64,000 nt of DNA from Candidatus Eiseniibacteriota bacterium (GTDB taxonomy: Bacteria; Eisenbacteria; RBG-16-71-46; JABDJR01), in assembly GCA_963762255.1 (NCBI GenBank), contig CAVXKA010000002.1, positions 1,280,001-1,344,000 of the forward strand, given 5' to 3'. Shown here one piece after another: positions 1-20,619 of the stretch. The notes beneath the pieces were generated by a model. The model saw only the letters and a program-made list of their open reading frames with translations. It ran no database searches and had not been told where the DNA came from. The translations under genes and the position numbers were made by a program. The first letter of the stretch is position 1. Every line of letters begins with the position of its first letter.

Positions 1-158
1 TCGTAACCGACCTGGATGGCCTCGTAGCCGTCCTTCTCTTTCGTCTTCTTCTGAACCACCCAGCACGGGCCGGCGGCGATCACGGTCACCGGGATCACCT
101 TCCCGTCCGGGTCGAAGACCTGGGTCATCCCGATCTTCTTGCCGATGATGGCTTTCAT
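1..158 (-). CDS. rplC: 50S ribosomal protein L3 (5' part, runs off window)
   Basis: Manual translation [52 protein letters not shown]; follows rpsJ. Confidence 0.96.
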   Translation of the reverse strand, partial: MKAIIGKKIGMTQVFDPDGKVIPVTVIAAGPCWVVQKKTKEKDGYEAIQVGY

Positions 159-251
159 CGTATTCCTCTCCTGCTTCCGGCGGACCGCCCGCGGGCGTTC
201 ACGGAAGCGCCTCGGCGCTGACACCCGCCGGACGGCGGGCATGCGGCGCGA

Positions 252-560
252 CTACAGCTTGATGTCGATGTCGACCCCGGCGGGCAGGTCGAGCTTCATG
301 AGCGCGTCGATCGTCTGCGGATTCGACTGCGTGATGTCGATAAGCCGCTTGTGGACGCGGATCTCGAACTGCTCCCGCGACTTCTTGTCCACGTGCGGCG
401 AACGCAGGACCGTCCACACGTGCCGCCGCGTAGGCAGCGGAACCGGCCCCGAGGTCATGGCCCCGGTGCGCCGAGCGGTGCGGACGATTTCGCCAGCCGA
501 TGTGTCCAGGATCGCGTGGTCGTAGGACCGAAGCCGGATCCTGATGCGTTGACTCGCCAC
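252..560 (-). CDS. rpsJ: 30S ribosomal protein S10
   Basis: [10 protein letters not shown]...GPVPLPT...[14 protein letters not shown]; GTG start with GGAGG SD. Confidence 0.98.
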   Translation of the reverse strand: MASQRIRIRLRSYDHAILDTSAGEIVRTARRTGAMTSGPVPLPTRRHVWTVLRSPHVDKKSREQFEIRVHKRLIDITQSNPQTIDALMKLDLPAGVDIDIKL

Positions 561-577
561 GAACTCCTCCTTCGCCC

Positions 578-1768
<1,191 letters not shown>

Positions 1769-1821
1769 CCTTCTACTTCCTCCGAACCGGCCCGCGGCCA
1801 CACGGCCGCCGGCCTCCTCGC

Positions 1822-3897
1822 CTAGGCGACGCCCCTGATCTTGGCCACGAGCTCCGACTCCAGGCTCTCCGGGAGCGGCTCGTAACGGGAAAACTGCATG
1901 CTGAACACGCCGCGCCCCTGGGTGATGGAGCGCAGCCGATTCACGTAACCGAACATCTCCGAGAGCGGGACCGAGGCGGCGACCACGCGGGCATCGCCGC
2001 GCTGGAACATGCCGCCGATGCGCCCGCGCTTGGAACTCAAGTCCCCCATCACGTCGCCCATGTACTCCTCGGGGACCACCACCTCCACGTCCATGATGGG
2101 CTCGAGCAGCTTGGGCTTGGCCTTGCGGGCGCCCTCGCGCAGCGCCATGGAGCCCGCCACCTTGAACGCGATGTCGGACGAATCCACGTCGTGGTACGAC
2201 CCGTCGAGCAGCGTCGCCCGCACACCCACCATCGGATAACCGGCCAAGGGGCCGCTGTCCATGGCCTCGCGCAGGCCGCGCTCTACCGAGGGGATGTACT
2301 CGCGGGGGATCACTCCGCCGACGATGCGGTTCACGAACTCGAACCCGCCGGCGAACGGCTCGAGCCGCACGGACACGTCTCCGTACTGGCCGCGGCCGCC
2401 GGTCTGGCGGATGAAGCGGGCGCGATGCTCGACCGTCTCGCTGATGGTCTCCTTGTAGGCGACCTGCGGGCGGCCGATGTTGGCGGCGACCCCGAACTCG
2501 CGCTTCATGCGCTCGACGAGAATCTCGAGGTGCAGCTCGCCCATCCCGCGGATGAGGGTCTGCGCGGTGTCCTCGTCGATGCGCACCTTGAAGGTCGGAT
2601 CTTCCTCGGCGAGCTTCTGCAGCGCGACCGCGAGCTTGTCCTCGTCGGCCTTGGTCTTGGGCTCGATGGCCACCGAGATCACCGGCTCCGGAAAGTTCAT
2701 GGTCTCGAGCAGGAGCGGCTCCGCCTTCATGCAGAGCGTGTCGCCGGTGCCGACGTGGCGCAAGCCGACCGCCGCCGCGATGTCCCCGGTCTGGACCCCG
2801 TCGAGATCCTCGCGCTTGACCGAGTGCATGGCCACGATCTGGCCCAGCCGCTCCACCCGGTCGCGGCTCGCGTTGTAGATCTGGATCCCCGCCTTGGCGT
2901 GGCCCGAGTAGACGCGGAAATACGTGAGCTTCCCGACGTAAGGGTCGGTCGTGATCTTGAAGGCCAGCGCGGCGAAGGGGGCATCGTCGGAGGGAGGCAG
3001 CATGACCTCTTCGAGCGTGCCGACGCGATGGGCGGTCACCGGGGGAAGGTCGATCGGCGACGGGAGGTACTCGACCACCCCGTCCAGCAGGCGCTGCACG
3101 CCCTTGTTCTTGAAAGCCGCACCCGCGAACACCGGAACGATCTTGCCGTCGATCGTGCCCTTGCGGATCGCCGCGCGCAGATCGTCTTCGGTGATCGTCT
3201 CCCCCTCGACGTACTTGTGGGCGACCGCGTCGTCGCAGTCCGCCGCTTCCTCGATGAGGTGGCGCCGCGCCGCCGCCGCCATCTCGACGAGATCGCGCGG
3301 CATCGCATGCTCCACGAAGGTGGCGCCGAGGGTTTCCTCGTTGTAGGTGATGAAGACCTGGCGCACCAGATCGACGATCCCCTGGAAGTTGTCGTTGAGC
3401 TTGACCGGGATCTGCACCGGCACCGGCCGGGCGCCGAGACGGTCCCGCATCATCTGGACCACGTGCTCGAAGTCCGAGCCCACGCGGTCCATCTTGTTGA
3501 CGAACGCGATGCGGGGAACGCGGTACTTGTCCGCCTGCCGCCACACCGTCTCCGATTGGGGCTCCACGCCGCCCACGCCGCAGAACACCGCGATGGCCCC
3601 GTCGAGGACCCTGAGCGAGCGCTCCACTTCCATGGTGAAGTCCACGTGGCCCGGAGTGTCGATGATGTTGATCTTGTGGTCGCGCCAGTAGCAGGTGGTG
3701 GCGGCGGACGTGATGGTGATGCCGCGCTCCTTTTCCTGCTCCATCCAATCCATGATGGTGGTCCCGTCGTGCACCTCGCCCATGCGGTGGATGCGGCCGG
3801 TGAAGAACAGGATGCGCTCGGTCAAGGTGGTCTTACCGGCATCAATGTGGGCCATGATGCCGATGTTCCTCACCCTTTCCAGTGCGTAGCGATTCAT
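1822..3897 (-). CDS. fusA: Elongation factor G
   Basis: [27 protein letters not shown] motifs; str operon position. Confidence 0.99.
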   Translation of the reverse strand: MNRYALERVRNIGIMAHIDAGKTTLTERILFFTGRIHRMGEVHDGTTIMDWMEQEKERGITITSAATTCYWRDHKINIIDTPGHVDFTMEVERSLRVLDGAIAVFCGVGGVEPQSETVWRQADKYRVPRIAFVNKMDRVGSDFEHVVQMMRDRLGARPVPVQIPVKLNDNFQGIVDLVRQVFITYNEETLGATFVEHAMPRDLVEMAAAARRHLIEEAADCDDAVAHKYVEGETITEDDLRAAIRKGTIDGKIVPVFAGAAFKNKGVQRLLDGVVEYLPSPIDLPPVTAHRVGTLEEVMLPPSDDAPFAALAFKITTDPYVGKLTYFRVYSGHAKAGIQIYNASRDRVERLGQIVAMHSVKREDLDGVQTGDIAAAVGLRHVGTGDTLCMKAEPLLLETMNFPEPVISVAIEPKTKADEDKLAVALQKLAEEDPTFKVRIDEDTAQTLIRGMGELHLEILVERMKREFGVAANIGRPQVAYKETISETVEHRARFIRQTGGRGQYGDVSVRLEPFAGGFEFVNRIVGGVIPREYIPSVERGLREAMDSGPLAGYPMVGVRATLLDGSYHDVDSSDIAFKVAGSMALREGARKAKPKLLEPIMDVEVVVPEEYMGDVMGDLSSKRGRIGGMFQRGDARVVAASVPLSEMFGYVNRLRSITQGRGVFSMQFSRYEPLPESLESELVAKIRGVA

Positions 3898-3937
3898 CAC
3901 TGCTCTCTCGTCCAGCCGGGACCGGCCGAACCTCTCC

Positions 3938-4408
3938 TTACCAGCGGTAGTGGCTGAAGGCCTTGTTGGCCTCCGCCATCTTGTGAGTGTCTTCGCGCTT
4001 CTTCACCGCCCCGCCCTCGTTCTTGGCGGCGGCGACCATCTCGGCGGCCAGACGCTCGGCCATGGTCTTTTCCGGCCGCGCGGAGGCATAGGTGATGGCC
4101 CAGCGCAGCGCCAGCGCGGTCCGCCGCTCCGGGCGGACCTCGACCGGCACCTGATAGGTGGCGCCGCCGACGCGCCGGCTCTTCACCTCGACCACCGGCT
4201 TGATGTTGCTGATGGCCTGCTTGAGCACGGCGATGCCTTCCTGGCCCGTCCGCTGCTCCATCATCTGCACCGCCTCGTACATGATCCCTTCGGCCAGGCT
4301 CTTCTTGCCCCGACCCATCAGGGCATTGATGAAGCGGCTGACCAGGATGCTGTTGAACTTGGGGTCGGGCAGCAGCTCTTTCCTGGGGGTATAGCCCTTG
4401 CGCGGCAT
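3938..4408 (-). CDS. rpsG: 30S ribosomal protein S7
   Basis: MPRKG...[15 protein letters not shown]...[13 protein letters not shown], 156 aa. Confidence 0.98.
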   Translation of the reverse strand: MPRKGYTPRKELLPDPKFNSILVSRFINALMGRGKKSLAEGIMYEAVQMMEQRTGQEGIAVLKQAISNIKPVVEVKSRRVGGATYQVPVEVRPERRTALALRWAITYASARPEKTMAERLAAEMVAAAKNEGGAVKKREDTHKMAEANKAFSHYRW

Positions 4409-4664
4409 GGTCTCGTCGTGTCCTCTCTGGTTCGTGCCGGCGCCGGAGCGCCGGAGCGCGCCGGCTCCCGCCGTCGCCGGATGGCCTTCCGGGCAGGGCA
4501 CACGAACCCCGCACCGGTCTGTCGCGGAAATTGGGCGCCGCGTCGCGCGACGCGCTGCATTTCCGAATGAGTCGCCGGACCGCGGAGACAGCCGGCGGCG
4601 GACATAGCCCGGGCCGAAGCGGTCCGGACGCGCCCGAAGATCCCCCCCTACCGAGGGATGGTCG

Positions 4665-5039
4665 TTATTTCTTGGGTCTCTTGGTCCCGTACTTGGAGCG
4701 GCTGCGATGCCGGCCGTCAACCCCGCTGGCGTCCAACGTCCCGCGAATGATGTGGTAGCGGACGCCAGGAAGATCCTTCACGCGCCCCCCGCGGATGAGC
4801 ACGATCGAGTGCTCCTGAAGGTTGTGGCCTTCGCCGGGGATATACGCGGTGACCTCGATGTTGTTCGTCAGCCGGACACGAGCGACCTTGCGTAGAGCCG
4901 AGTTCGGCTTCTTGGGCGTAGTGGTGTACACACGGGTGCAGACGCCGCGCTTCTGGGGCGAGCCCTTCAACGCCGGCGCCGTTCCCTTGCGAACGACCCG
5001 ATTACGTCCTTTCCGAACTAGCTGATTCAAGGTCGGCAA
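4665..5039 (-). CDS. rpsL: 30S ribosomal protein S12
   Basis: TTG start, PTLNQLVRK...[10 protein letters not shown]...[12 protein letters not shown]; AGGAGG SD. Confidence 0.98.
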   Translation of the reverse strand: MPTLNQLVRKGRNRVVRKGTAPALKGSPQKRGVCTRVYTTTPKKPNSALRKVARVRLTNNIEVTAYIPGEGHNLQEHSIVLIRGGRVKDLPGVRYHIIRGTLDASGVDGRHRSRSKYGTKRPKK

Positions 5040-5262
5040 CGCACTCCTCCTTCCGACACCCGGATCCCGAAGCCCGGACCCTCCACCCCCATGCGACCGC
5101 ACCGCCGGCAACGCCCACGCGGGCTTTCTCCGAATGCTCGGCGGTGATCGCACCAGGCTCGGCACAGGGCTTTTTTGGCCGGTCTCCCGAACCTCTAAGT
5201 CCCTATACCGCAGTAGGTTAGCTGGATTGGCCAGGGCAGGGGGTCCAAGGCACAAGACCGGT

Positions 5263-5291
5263 ATCCTATGCCTCGACCTCCCGACTGTCAA
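5263..5291 (-). promoter_or_regulatory. sigma70-type promoter of rpsL (str) operon
   Basis: Minus strand TTGACA-N17-TAGGAT just downstream of the rpoC stop. Confidence 0.75.
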
Positions 5292-5306
5292 GACGTTTTG
5301 TTGAAA

Positions 5307-9473
<4,167 letters not shown>

Positions 9474-9501
9474 GGTCTCTCTCACCTCTTTCCGGAGAAG
9501 C

Positions 9502-13366
<3,865 letters not shown>

Positions 13367-13473
13367 GGCCGTTGTCCTTGTTCGAGGTGAAGGGTGCGGG
13401 CCGGACTGGCCGGCCCACACCCGGATTTACACGGTCACGGCCGAGGCGCGGCCGGAGCTGAGCGACGCCGGGA

Positions 13474-13872
13474 CTACTTGATCTCCACGCTGGCGCCGGA
13501 CTCCTCCAACTTCGCCTTGATGGAGGCCGCCTCGTCCTTGGTGACGCCCTCCTTGACCGCCTTGGGGGCGCCCTCGACCAGGTCCTTGGCCTCCTTGAGG
13601 CCGAGGCTGGTCAGCTCGCGCACCACCTTGATGACCTGGATCTTCTTCTCGCCGGCGCCGGTGAGGATGACGTCGAACTCGGTCTTCTCCTCCGCGGCGG
13701 CGGGCGCGGCGCCCATCATCATGGGGCCGGCCATCATCGGCATGGCGGCGGTGACGTCGAATTCCTCTTCGATCGCCTTCACCAGGTCGTTGACCTGGAG
13801 AATGGTCATGGTCTTGATCTTGGCCACGATGTCTTGGATCTCGGGGCTCAGGGTCTTGGTGTCTTCGGACAT
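13474..13872 (-). CDS. rplL: 50S ribosomal protein L7/L12
   Basis: [10 protein letters not shown]...[24 protein letters not shown]. Confidence 0.98.
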   Translation of the reverse strand: MSEDTKTLSPEIQDIVAKIKTMTILQVNDLVKAIEEEFDVTAAMPMMAGPMMMGAAPAAAEEKTEFDVILTGAGEKKIQVIKVVRELTSLGLKEAKDLVEGAPKAVKEGVTKDEAASIKAKLEESGASVEIK

Positions 13873-13976
13873 TTCAGTTTTCCTCCTCCCCGCTGTCTTC
13901 GGGGGGCACCCTCGGCGGGGTTGCGGTTTAAAGGAGCGGAGCCGCCAAACCAGGGCGGAGCCGCCGGCGTAGTCGC

Positions 13977-14492
13977 CTACGCCTTGTGTTCGGCGACCTG
14001 CTTGATCACCGAGGCCAGATCGCGCAGCGGGCAGGAAAGCGCGCTGTGCAGCTTCTGGATCGGCGACTTGAGGCCGCTCAGGAGCCGGCCCAGGAGTACG
14101 TCGCGGCCCGGAAGGGCAGCGAGCGTCGTCACCTGGGCGGCATCGATCACCCGGCCTTCGAGAACCCCCGCCTTGAACGCAGGCCTCTCGAACTCCTTCA
14201 TGAAGTCCGCGAGCACCTTGGCGGGCAGAATCTCGTCCGTGGCGCTGATCGCGACCGCGGTGGGGCCGTTGAGATACGGATCGAGCGCGCCGCGCACCGG
14301 CTCATCGAAGGCCCGGCGCACCAGCGTGTTCTTCACCACTTGGAAGTGCACGCCCGACTGGCGGCACTTGACCCGGAGCTTGGTAGCGGTGGCCACGTCC
14401 ATTCCCTGGAAATCGGCGAAATAGACGCCCTTCGCGCTCTCGAGCCGGGACTTGAGACTGTCGACGACTTCGACCTTCTGCGGCTTTGCCAT
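13977..14492 (-). CDS. rplJ: 50S ribosomal protein L10
   Basis: [22 protein letters not shown]; between rplA and rplL. Confidence 0.96.
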   Translation of the reverse strand: MAKPQKVEVVDSLKSRLESAKGVYFADFQGMDVATATKLRVKCRQSGVHFQVVKNTLVRRAFDEPVRGALDPYLNGPTAVAISATDEILPAKVLADFMKEFERPAFKAGVLEGRVIDAAQVTTLAALPGRDVLLGRLLSGLKSPIQKLHSALSCPLRDLASVIKQVAEHKA

Positions 14493-14502
14493 GTTGCCTC
14501 CC

Positions 14503-15201
14503 CTACTTCGTCATCGCCATGGCGGCGAGAGGATCGAGCTTGAGCCCCGGACCCATGGTCGTGCTGAGGGTCACCGAGCGGACGTACTGGCCCTTGGCCG
14601 CGGCCGGCTTGGCGCGGAGGATCTCGTGGAGGAGCGCCCGCGCGTTCTCTTCCAATTGCTCCTCGCTGAACGAGGCCTTGCCGATGGGGCCGGCCACGTT
14701 GCCGCCCTTGTCCACGCGGAACTCGATCTTGCCCGCCTTGAGTTCGCGCACCGCCTTCGCCACATCGAAGGTGACCGTGCCCGACTTGGGGTTCGGCATG
14801 AGACCGCGGGGGCCGAGGATCTTACCCAGCTTGCCGACCTCGCCCATCATGTCGGGCGTGGCCACCACCGCGTCGAAATCGAGCCAACCTTCCTTGATCT
14901 TCTCGACGAACTCCACGCCCACGAAGTCGGCGCCCGCATCCGTGGCCTCTTTCATCTTCTCGCCCTTGGCGAAGGCGAGGACGCGGAGCTGCTTGCCGGT
15001 CCCGTGGGGGAGCACCACCGTGCCGCGCACGATCTGGTCGGCGTAGCGCGGGTCGACGTTGAGGCGGGTGGACACCTCCACCGACTCGTCGAACTTCGCG
15101 CTGGCGGTCTGCTTGAGGTTCTTGATCAGCTCCTTAAGATCGGTGTAGGGCCCTCGGGGGACCTTCGTCTGCACATTGTCGTATCGCTTACCGTGCTTCA
15201 T
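14503..15201 (-). CDS. rplA: 50S ribosomal protein L1
   Basis: [28 protein letters not shown]. Confidence 0.98.
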   Translation of the reverse strand: MKHGKRYDNVQTKVPRGPYTDLKELIKNLKQTASAKFDESVEVSTRLNVDPRYADQIVRGTVVLPHGTGKQLRVLAFAKGEKMKEATDAGADFVGVEFVEKIKEGWLDFDAVVATPDMMGEVGKLGKILGPRGLMPNPKSGTVTFDVAKAVRELKAGKIEFRVDKGGNVAGPIGKASFSEEQLEENARALLHEILRAKPAAAKGQYVRSVTLSTTMGPGLKLDPLAAMAMTK

Positions 15202-15204
15202 GGT

Positions 15205-15630
15205 CTACCCCTTCACCTCGATGCCCATGCTGCGGGCCGTGCCCGCCACCATGCTCATCGCCGTCTCGAGAGATGCCGCGTTGAGATCCGTCATCTTGAG
15301 CTGCGCGATCTCCTTGACCTGATCCGGGGTCACCGAGCCCACCTTGTTGCGGTTGGGTTCGCCCGACCCCTTGGCCAGGTTGGCGGCGCGCTTCAAGAGC
15401 ACCGCCGCGGGGGGCGTCTTGAGAATGAAGGTGAAGGACTTGTCCTTGAACACGCTGATGACGACCGGGATGATGAGCCCGGCCTGCGCCTGCGTCTTCG
15501 AATTGAAGTCCTTGCAGAAGGCCATAATGTTGATCCCGGCCTGACCGAGGGCCGGCCCCACGGGGGGCGCCGGCGTCGCCGAACCGGCCGGAATCTGAAG
15601 CTTGATGGTCTTTTCCAGTACTTGCGCCAT
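15205..15630 (-). CDS. rplK: 50S ribosomal protein L11
   Basis: [13 protein letters not shown]...GTARSMG. Confidence 0.98.
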   Translation of the reverse strand: MAQVLEKTIKLQIPAGSATPAPPVGPALGQAGINIMAFCKDFNSKTQAQAGLIIPVVISVFKDKSFTFILKTPPAAVLLKRAANLAKGSGEPNRNKVGSVTPDQVKEIAQLKMTDLNAASLETAMSMVAGTARSMGIEVKG

Positions 15631-15709
15631 CTCTCCCTCCTGACCTTCGCCGTCCCGCGAGGGGCGGCGGATCGAGGTGCCTACGAGACTGAGGCCCTTT
15701 GCCCGGGGC

Positions 15710-16240
15710 CTAGACGGGTTTTACTTGCAGAAAATCGAGTTCGACCGGGGTCGCGCGTCCGAAGATCGACACCATGACCTTCAGCTTGCCCCGTTCCCCG
15801 TTCACCTCGTCCACCACTCCGGTGAAATCCGTGAACGGGCCGTCGGTGACCTTCACGTGGTCGCCGACCTTGTAGGGAACCTCCAGCGGCTCGCGAGGCT
15901 TGGTGCTGTCGAGGCGACCGAGTATCCGGTTCACCTCGTCCTCGCCGAGCGGTATCGGATCCTGGCCGGTACCGACGAACCGAGTCACCCCGGGGATCGC
16001 GGCCACGATGCTCTGGGTATCGCTGTCGAAATCCATCTCCACCAAAACGTATGAAGGAAAGGTCTTGCGCTTGGTGACCACGCGCTGCCCGTCCCTCATC
16101 TCCGCGTGCTCTTCCATCGCCACGAGGATCCGTCCGAACTTGTCCTCTACGCCGGCATTGCGGGCCGCGCGCTCAAGGTTGTTCTTCACCTTGTTCTCGT
16201 GCCCGGAGTAGGTATGGATGACGTACCACTTCTTGGTCAT
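15710..16240 (-). CDS. nusG: Transcription termination/antitermination factor NusG
   Basis: [19 protein letters not shown] motif [20 protein letters not shown]. Confidence 0.97.
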   Translation of the reverse strand: MTKKWYVIHTYSGHENKVKNNLERAARNAGVEDKFGRILVAMEEHAEMRDGQRVVTKRKTFPSYVLVEMDFDSDTQSIVAAIPGVTRFVGTGQDPIPLGEDEVNRILGRLDSTKPREPLEVPYKVGDHVKVTDGPFTDFTGVVDEVNGERGKLKVMVSIFGRATPVELDFLQVKPV

Positions 16241-16250
16241 TAGCATCCGC

Positions 16251-16439
16251 CTACATGAAGAGCCCGAGGCCCAGACTGAGGGCTCGGTCCACCACGAAGA
16301 GATAGATCATGATGAAGAACGTGGCCACGATGACCACGGTGGTGGAACCCTTCAGCTCCTCGCGGCTCGGCCAGGTGACCTTCCGCGACTCGGCCCAGGC
16401 CGACTGCACGAACGCCGTTGTGCGCTGCACGATGGACAT
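16251..16439 (-). CDS. secE: Preprotein translocase subunit SecE
   Basis: ESRKVTWPSREE plus one TM helix; between tRNA-Trp and nusG. Confidence 0.95.
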   Translation of the reverse strand: MSIVQRTTAFVQSAWAESRKVTWPSREELKGSTTVVIVATFFIMIYLFVVDRALSLGLGLFM

Positions 16440-16510
16440 GGTGTTCCCAGTCTCTCCTCGTTGGGTCGTGGCCGGCGGCTCCGATTGTAGGAACCGCCGG
16501 CGCGGCCGTC

Positions 16511-16586
16511 TGGCAGGTCAGGCAGGACTTGAACCCGCAACCCCCGGTTTTGGAGACCGGTGCTCTACCAATTGAGCTACTGACCT
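16511..16586 (-). tRNA. tRNA-Trp (CCA)
   Basis: Cloverleaf AGGTCAG...CCGGT CT CCA AA ACCGG...GGTTCAAGTCC...CTGACCTGCCA; CCA end encoded. Confidence 0.97.
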
Positions 16587-16626
16587 TCAGCTCCCCGGGG
16601 GCCGTGTTGCCCCCAAGAGGCGAAAA

Positions 16627-16785
16627 TCAACGCGTTTCCTTGTGGGGGGTGTGCGTCCTGCAGAACGGACAGAACTTTTTGTGCTCCACCCGGTCCGGAT
16701 GCTTCCGCTTGTTCTTGGTGCCTGTGTAGTTGCGGCGCTTACAGGTGCCGCAGGCCAGGATGATCTTTTCTCGGACCGCCGCCAT
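16627..16785 (-). CDS. rpmG: 50S ribosomal protein L33 (Zn-ribbon, C+ type); not in ORF track
   Basis: Manual translation [52 protein letters not shown]. Confidence 0.96.
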   Translation of the reverse strand: MAAVREKIILACGTCKRRNYTGTKNKRKHPDRVEHKKFCPFCRTHTPHKETR

Positions 16786-16873
16786 TGCTCTTCAGACTCC
16801 TAACGGGCCTCCCGCGAGGGCCCCGTTGATGCCGGCTGCCCCGCGCGGGAGCGGCCGGCCGAACGTGATCGGG

Positions 16874-18064
<1,191 letters not shown>

Positions 18065-18131
18065 CCTTCTACTTCCTCCGAAGAAGGGTCGGTGACCCGG
18101 CTGCGACCAGCGTATTCCGCCAGGAGTTGAG

Positions 18132-18207
18132 TGGAGCCCACGAGCGGAATCGAACCGCTGACCTTTTGCTTACCATGCAAATGCTCTACCGACTGAGCTA
18201 CGTGGGC
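18132..18207 (-). tRNA. tRNA-Thr (GGT)
   Basis: GCCCACG...TTTGC AT GGT AA GCAAA...GGTTCGATTCC...CGTGGGCTCCA. Confidence 0.96.
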
Positions 18208-18328
18208 AAACCCGGCAGCGTCCCAGGCTCGGCCGCGCAGTCCACCCCCCCAAAGGCCGCTTTGAGGCCAGGATTCTGTGCACGGGGGAATAGGACGCGG
18301 GAGCTGTACTGTTAAAGACAGGCGGGGG

Positions 18329-18357
18329 AGTCTAAGTTCCTGGCCCCGCTGTGTCAA
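18329..18357 (-). promoter_or_regulatory. sigma70-type promoter upstream of tRNA-Thr(GGT)-tuf
   Basis: Minus strand TTGACA-N17-TAGACT. Confidence 0.75.
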
Positions 18358-18426
18358 GGCCCCGATCTCACCCGGGTTCGCCCCCCCTGTTGAGGGGGGT
18401 GGCCCCCCCTGGGGGGGCCGAAAGGT

Positions 18427-18503
18427 TGGAGCGGGAAACGGGATTCGAACCCGCGACCCTCAGCTTGGAAGGCTGATGCTCTAGCCAACTGAGCTATTCC
18501 CGC
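18427..18503 (-). tRNA. tRNA-Gly (TCC)
   Basis: GCGGGAA...TCAGC CT TCC AA GCTGA...GGTTCGAATCC...TTCCCGCTCCA. Confidence 0.97.
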
Positions 18504-18555
18504 TCTTTCAGGCCCGGCCCCGGCGGGAACGCGGGCCGGCGTCCCGCCGGCAACT

Positions 18556-18641
18556 TGGTGGAGGGGGGAGGATTCGAACCTCCGAAGGCGATAGCCGACA
18601 GATTTACAGTCTGTTCCCTTTGGCCGCTCGGGAACCCCTCC
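18556..18641 (-). tRNA. tRNA-Tyr (GTA)
   Basis: GGAGGGG...ACAGA CT GTA AA TCTGT, long variable arm, ...CCCCTCCACCA. Confidence 0.97.
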
Positions 18642-18744
18642 TTAAACCCATATCTGACAAGGAGTTAGTCTGATATTGACGGCGACGCCCCCTGCCGGAT
18701 CCCACGCACCACCCCTGCCGCCAACTTATTGTCCCAGAAGAAGT

Positions 18745-18819
18745 TGGAGCTGGCGACGGGAATCGAACCCATAACCCCCTCATTACAAGTGAGGAGCTCT
18801 ACCGTTGAGCTACGCCAGC
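18745..18819 (-). tRNA. tRNA-Thr (TGT)
   Basis: GCTGGCG...CCTCA CT TGT AA TGAGG...GGTTCGATTCC...CGCCAGCTCCA. Confidence 0.96.
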
Positions 18820-18886
18820 CCAGGGAGTGCCGGACGGGGAGGCCGGCCGGCGGGATCGAGCCGGCAGCGACGTCATGAGCCCGAAG

Positions 18887-18916
18887 AAGGTACGCAAGCA
18901 CCCGGGGGTGTGTCAA
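18887..18916 (-). promoter_or_regulatory. sigma70-type promoter of the tRNA cluster
   Basis: Minus strand TTGACA-N18-TACCTT about 65 nt upstream of tRNA-Thr(TGT). Confidence 0.6.
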
Positions 18917-18991
18917 CGCGAAACCCGTTTCGATGGACGGGTCCGGCCGCCGGACACGTGTTGCGTCCGGCGGCCTCAGTTCCATACCTCT

Positions 18992-20425
18992 TTACGCCGG
19001 CCTCGTCGGGCCTGTCTGGAACCCCTTCATGACCCACTTGCGGGCGAGCCACAGCCCGATCGGCGACGCCATCGCGATGCACCCGTAGACGAACCAGAGC
19101 TTCTCCGTGTTGAGCATCGAGTGCGGCGTGTCGGGCGGACAGTACTTGGCGAGCATGTATCCGGAGTAGAAGCCGGTCGTGCCCTTGGCCAATAGCCACG
19201 GGATGTTGGCGAGCCCCATGTACTGCGCGATGCGCCCGGGAGGAGCCAGCTCGGAGGCGTATTCCAGGAAGCGGGCGGACCAGAGCGCCTCGCCGATCGA
19301 GAACAGAACGAAGTAGGTGATGAGCAGGCTCAGGTCCGGTCCGCGGCAGAGAAGGAAGGTCGGAAGCGCGGAGACCAGCGACCCGATGACCATCATCTTG
19401 TACACGTTCACGCGACGGGTGAAGGCGGTGGCGATCGGCACGCCGACGAAGATGATCATGGGGTTGATCCAGTTCACCAGCCACTCCATGTGGTCGGCGA
19501 CCCCCTCGGGATACGCGCGCATGATGTACTGCGGCATGGTCAGCCACTGATGGGCGAACAGGGTGCGCACCGGAAGCAGCATGAAGATGAAGAAGATGAA
19601 CCGAGGGTTGGTGAAGGGGCCCTCGGCGAAGTAGGCCTTGAGACGCGTGCCGACCGGGCGGGTGTCCTGCTTGCGAAGCTCCTCGGCGGTGTCCGGCCGC
19701 AACTTTGCCGCCTCCGCGCGCTTGGTCATGAAGATCACGAAGAGCACGAGGGTGAGCGCGGTGATCCCCACGGTGAGCCAGTTCACCGCCTGCACGCCGG
19801 AGCCCGAGAAACCGGCCAGGAAGCGCAGGAAACCGCCGCCGGGGGCCTGGAGCGGCTTCCCGTCCAGGATGTCCTGGACCGCCGGGCGCGCCCACGCCGA
19901 GAGCGTTCCGACCACCACGATGCCCAGATTCATGATCGCGTAGATGAGGCCGTAGCCCATCGAACTCGTCTTCGCGTCGGTGTACTGCTTGACCCCCGAG
20001 TAGCAGACGGGCTGGAGGATCGCCTCGCCGATCGCCACCAGCAACACCGAGCCGAGTACGGCGACCGCGGCAAGAGCCGCGCCGTGGATGGTCGCCGCGC
20101 CGCTGTAGAGGAATCGACCCACGACCGCGATGACCAGCGCAGCGATGATGGCTCGGCGGAGTCCAAACGACTCCGCGTAGCTCCCCACCCCGAGCATGAA
20201 CAGCGTGACCAGCATCGTGAAGATGGAGACGGTCACCCCTGCGCGCGCGTCCCCCCAACCGAGATCGGTGGAGAGATAGGTCGTCATCAGGGTGAGGACG
20301 CCGAAGTAGGCCATGGACTCGACGACAAACGCTCCGACGACCACCCAGAACGCGCGGGGGAGGCGGCGGAGATCGGTGAAGGAGCCCTGGAAGTTGCTGA
20401 GAATGGAGGCGACTCGGCTGCTCAT
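18992..20425 (-). CDS. MFS transporter, POT/PTR peptide-transporter-like
   Basis: About 12 TM segments, ESMAYFG, YAIMNLG, EYASELAPPGRIAQYMGL; start taken at MSSRVAS. Confidence 0.75.
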   Translation of the reverse strand: MSSRVASILSNFQGSFTDLRRLPRAFWVVVGAFVVESMAYFGVLTLMTTYLSTDLGWGDARAGVTVSIFTMLVTLFMLGVGSYAESFGLRRAIIAALVIAVVGRFLYSGAATIHGAALAAVAVLGSVLLVAIGEAILQPVCYSGVKQYTDAKTSSMGYGLIYAIMNLGIVVVGTLSAWARPAVQDILDGKPLQAPGGGFLRFLAGFSGSGVQAVNWLTVGITALTLVLFVIFMTKRAEAAKLRPDTAEELRKQDTRPVGTRLKAYFAEGPFTNPRFIFFIFMLLPVRTLFAHQWLTMPQYIMRAYPEGVADHMEWLVNWINPMIIFVGVPIATAFTRRVNVYKMMVIGSLVSALPTFLLCRGPDLSLLITYFVLFSIGEALWSARFLEYASELAPPGRIAQYMGLANIPWLLAKGTTGFYSGYMLAKYCPPDTPHSMLNTEKLWFVYGCIAMASPIGLWLARKWVMKGFQTGPTRPA

Positions 20426-20619
20426 GGGCGGGGAGTCTAGTCGCCCGGTCGGTCGGTTTCCACAAGTTAGACGCCGAATCATGGGTTCGACCCGCGCCGG
20501 GAACGATCGCGGGTTGCGGACCGGGCCCTTCGCTCCTAAGATGCCCGCGGACTTGACCGGGAGGTTCGACCGCCCGCGTTTCTGATCCTCCCGCCAGCTA
20601 CCCCAGGGGGGTTCCCGCC

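Noticed and set aside
18132-18207. A at position 32 of tRNA-Thr(GGT) as an anomaly
   Set aside because: As I recall, this occurs in other bacterial tRNA-Thr(GGT) genes, and the cloverleaf is otherwise canonical.
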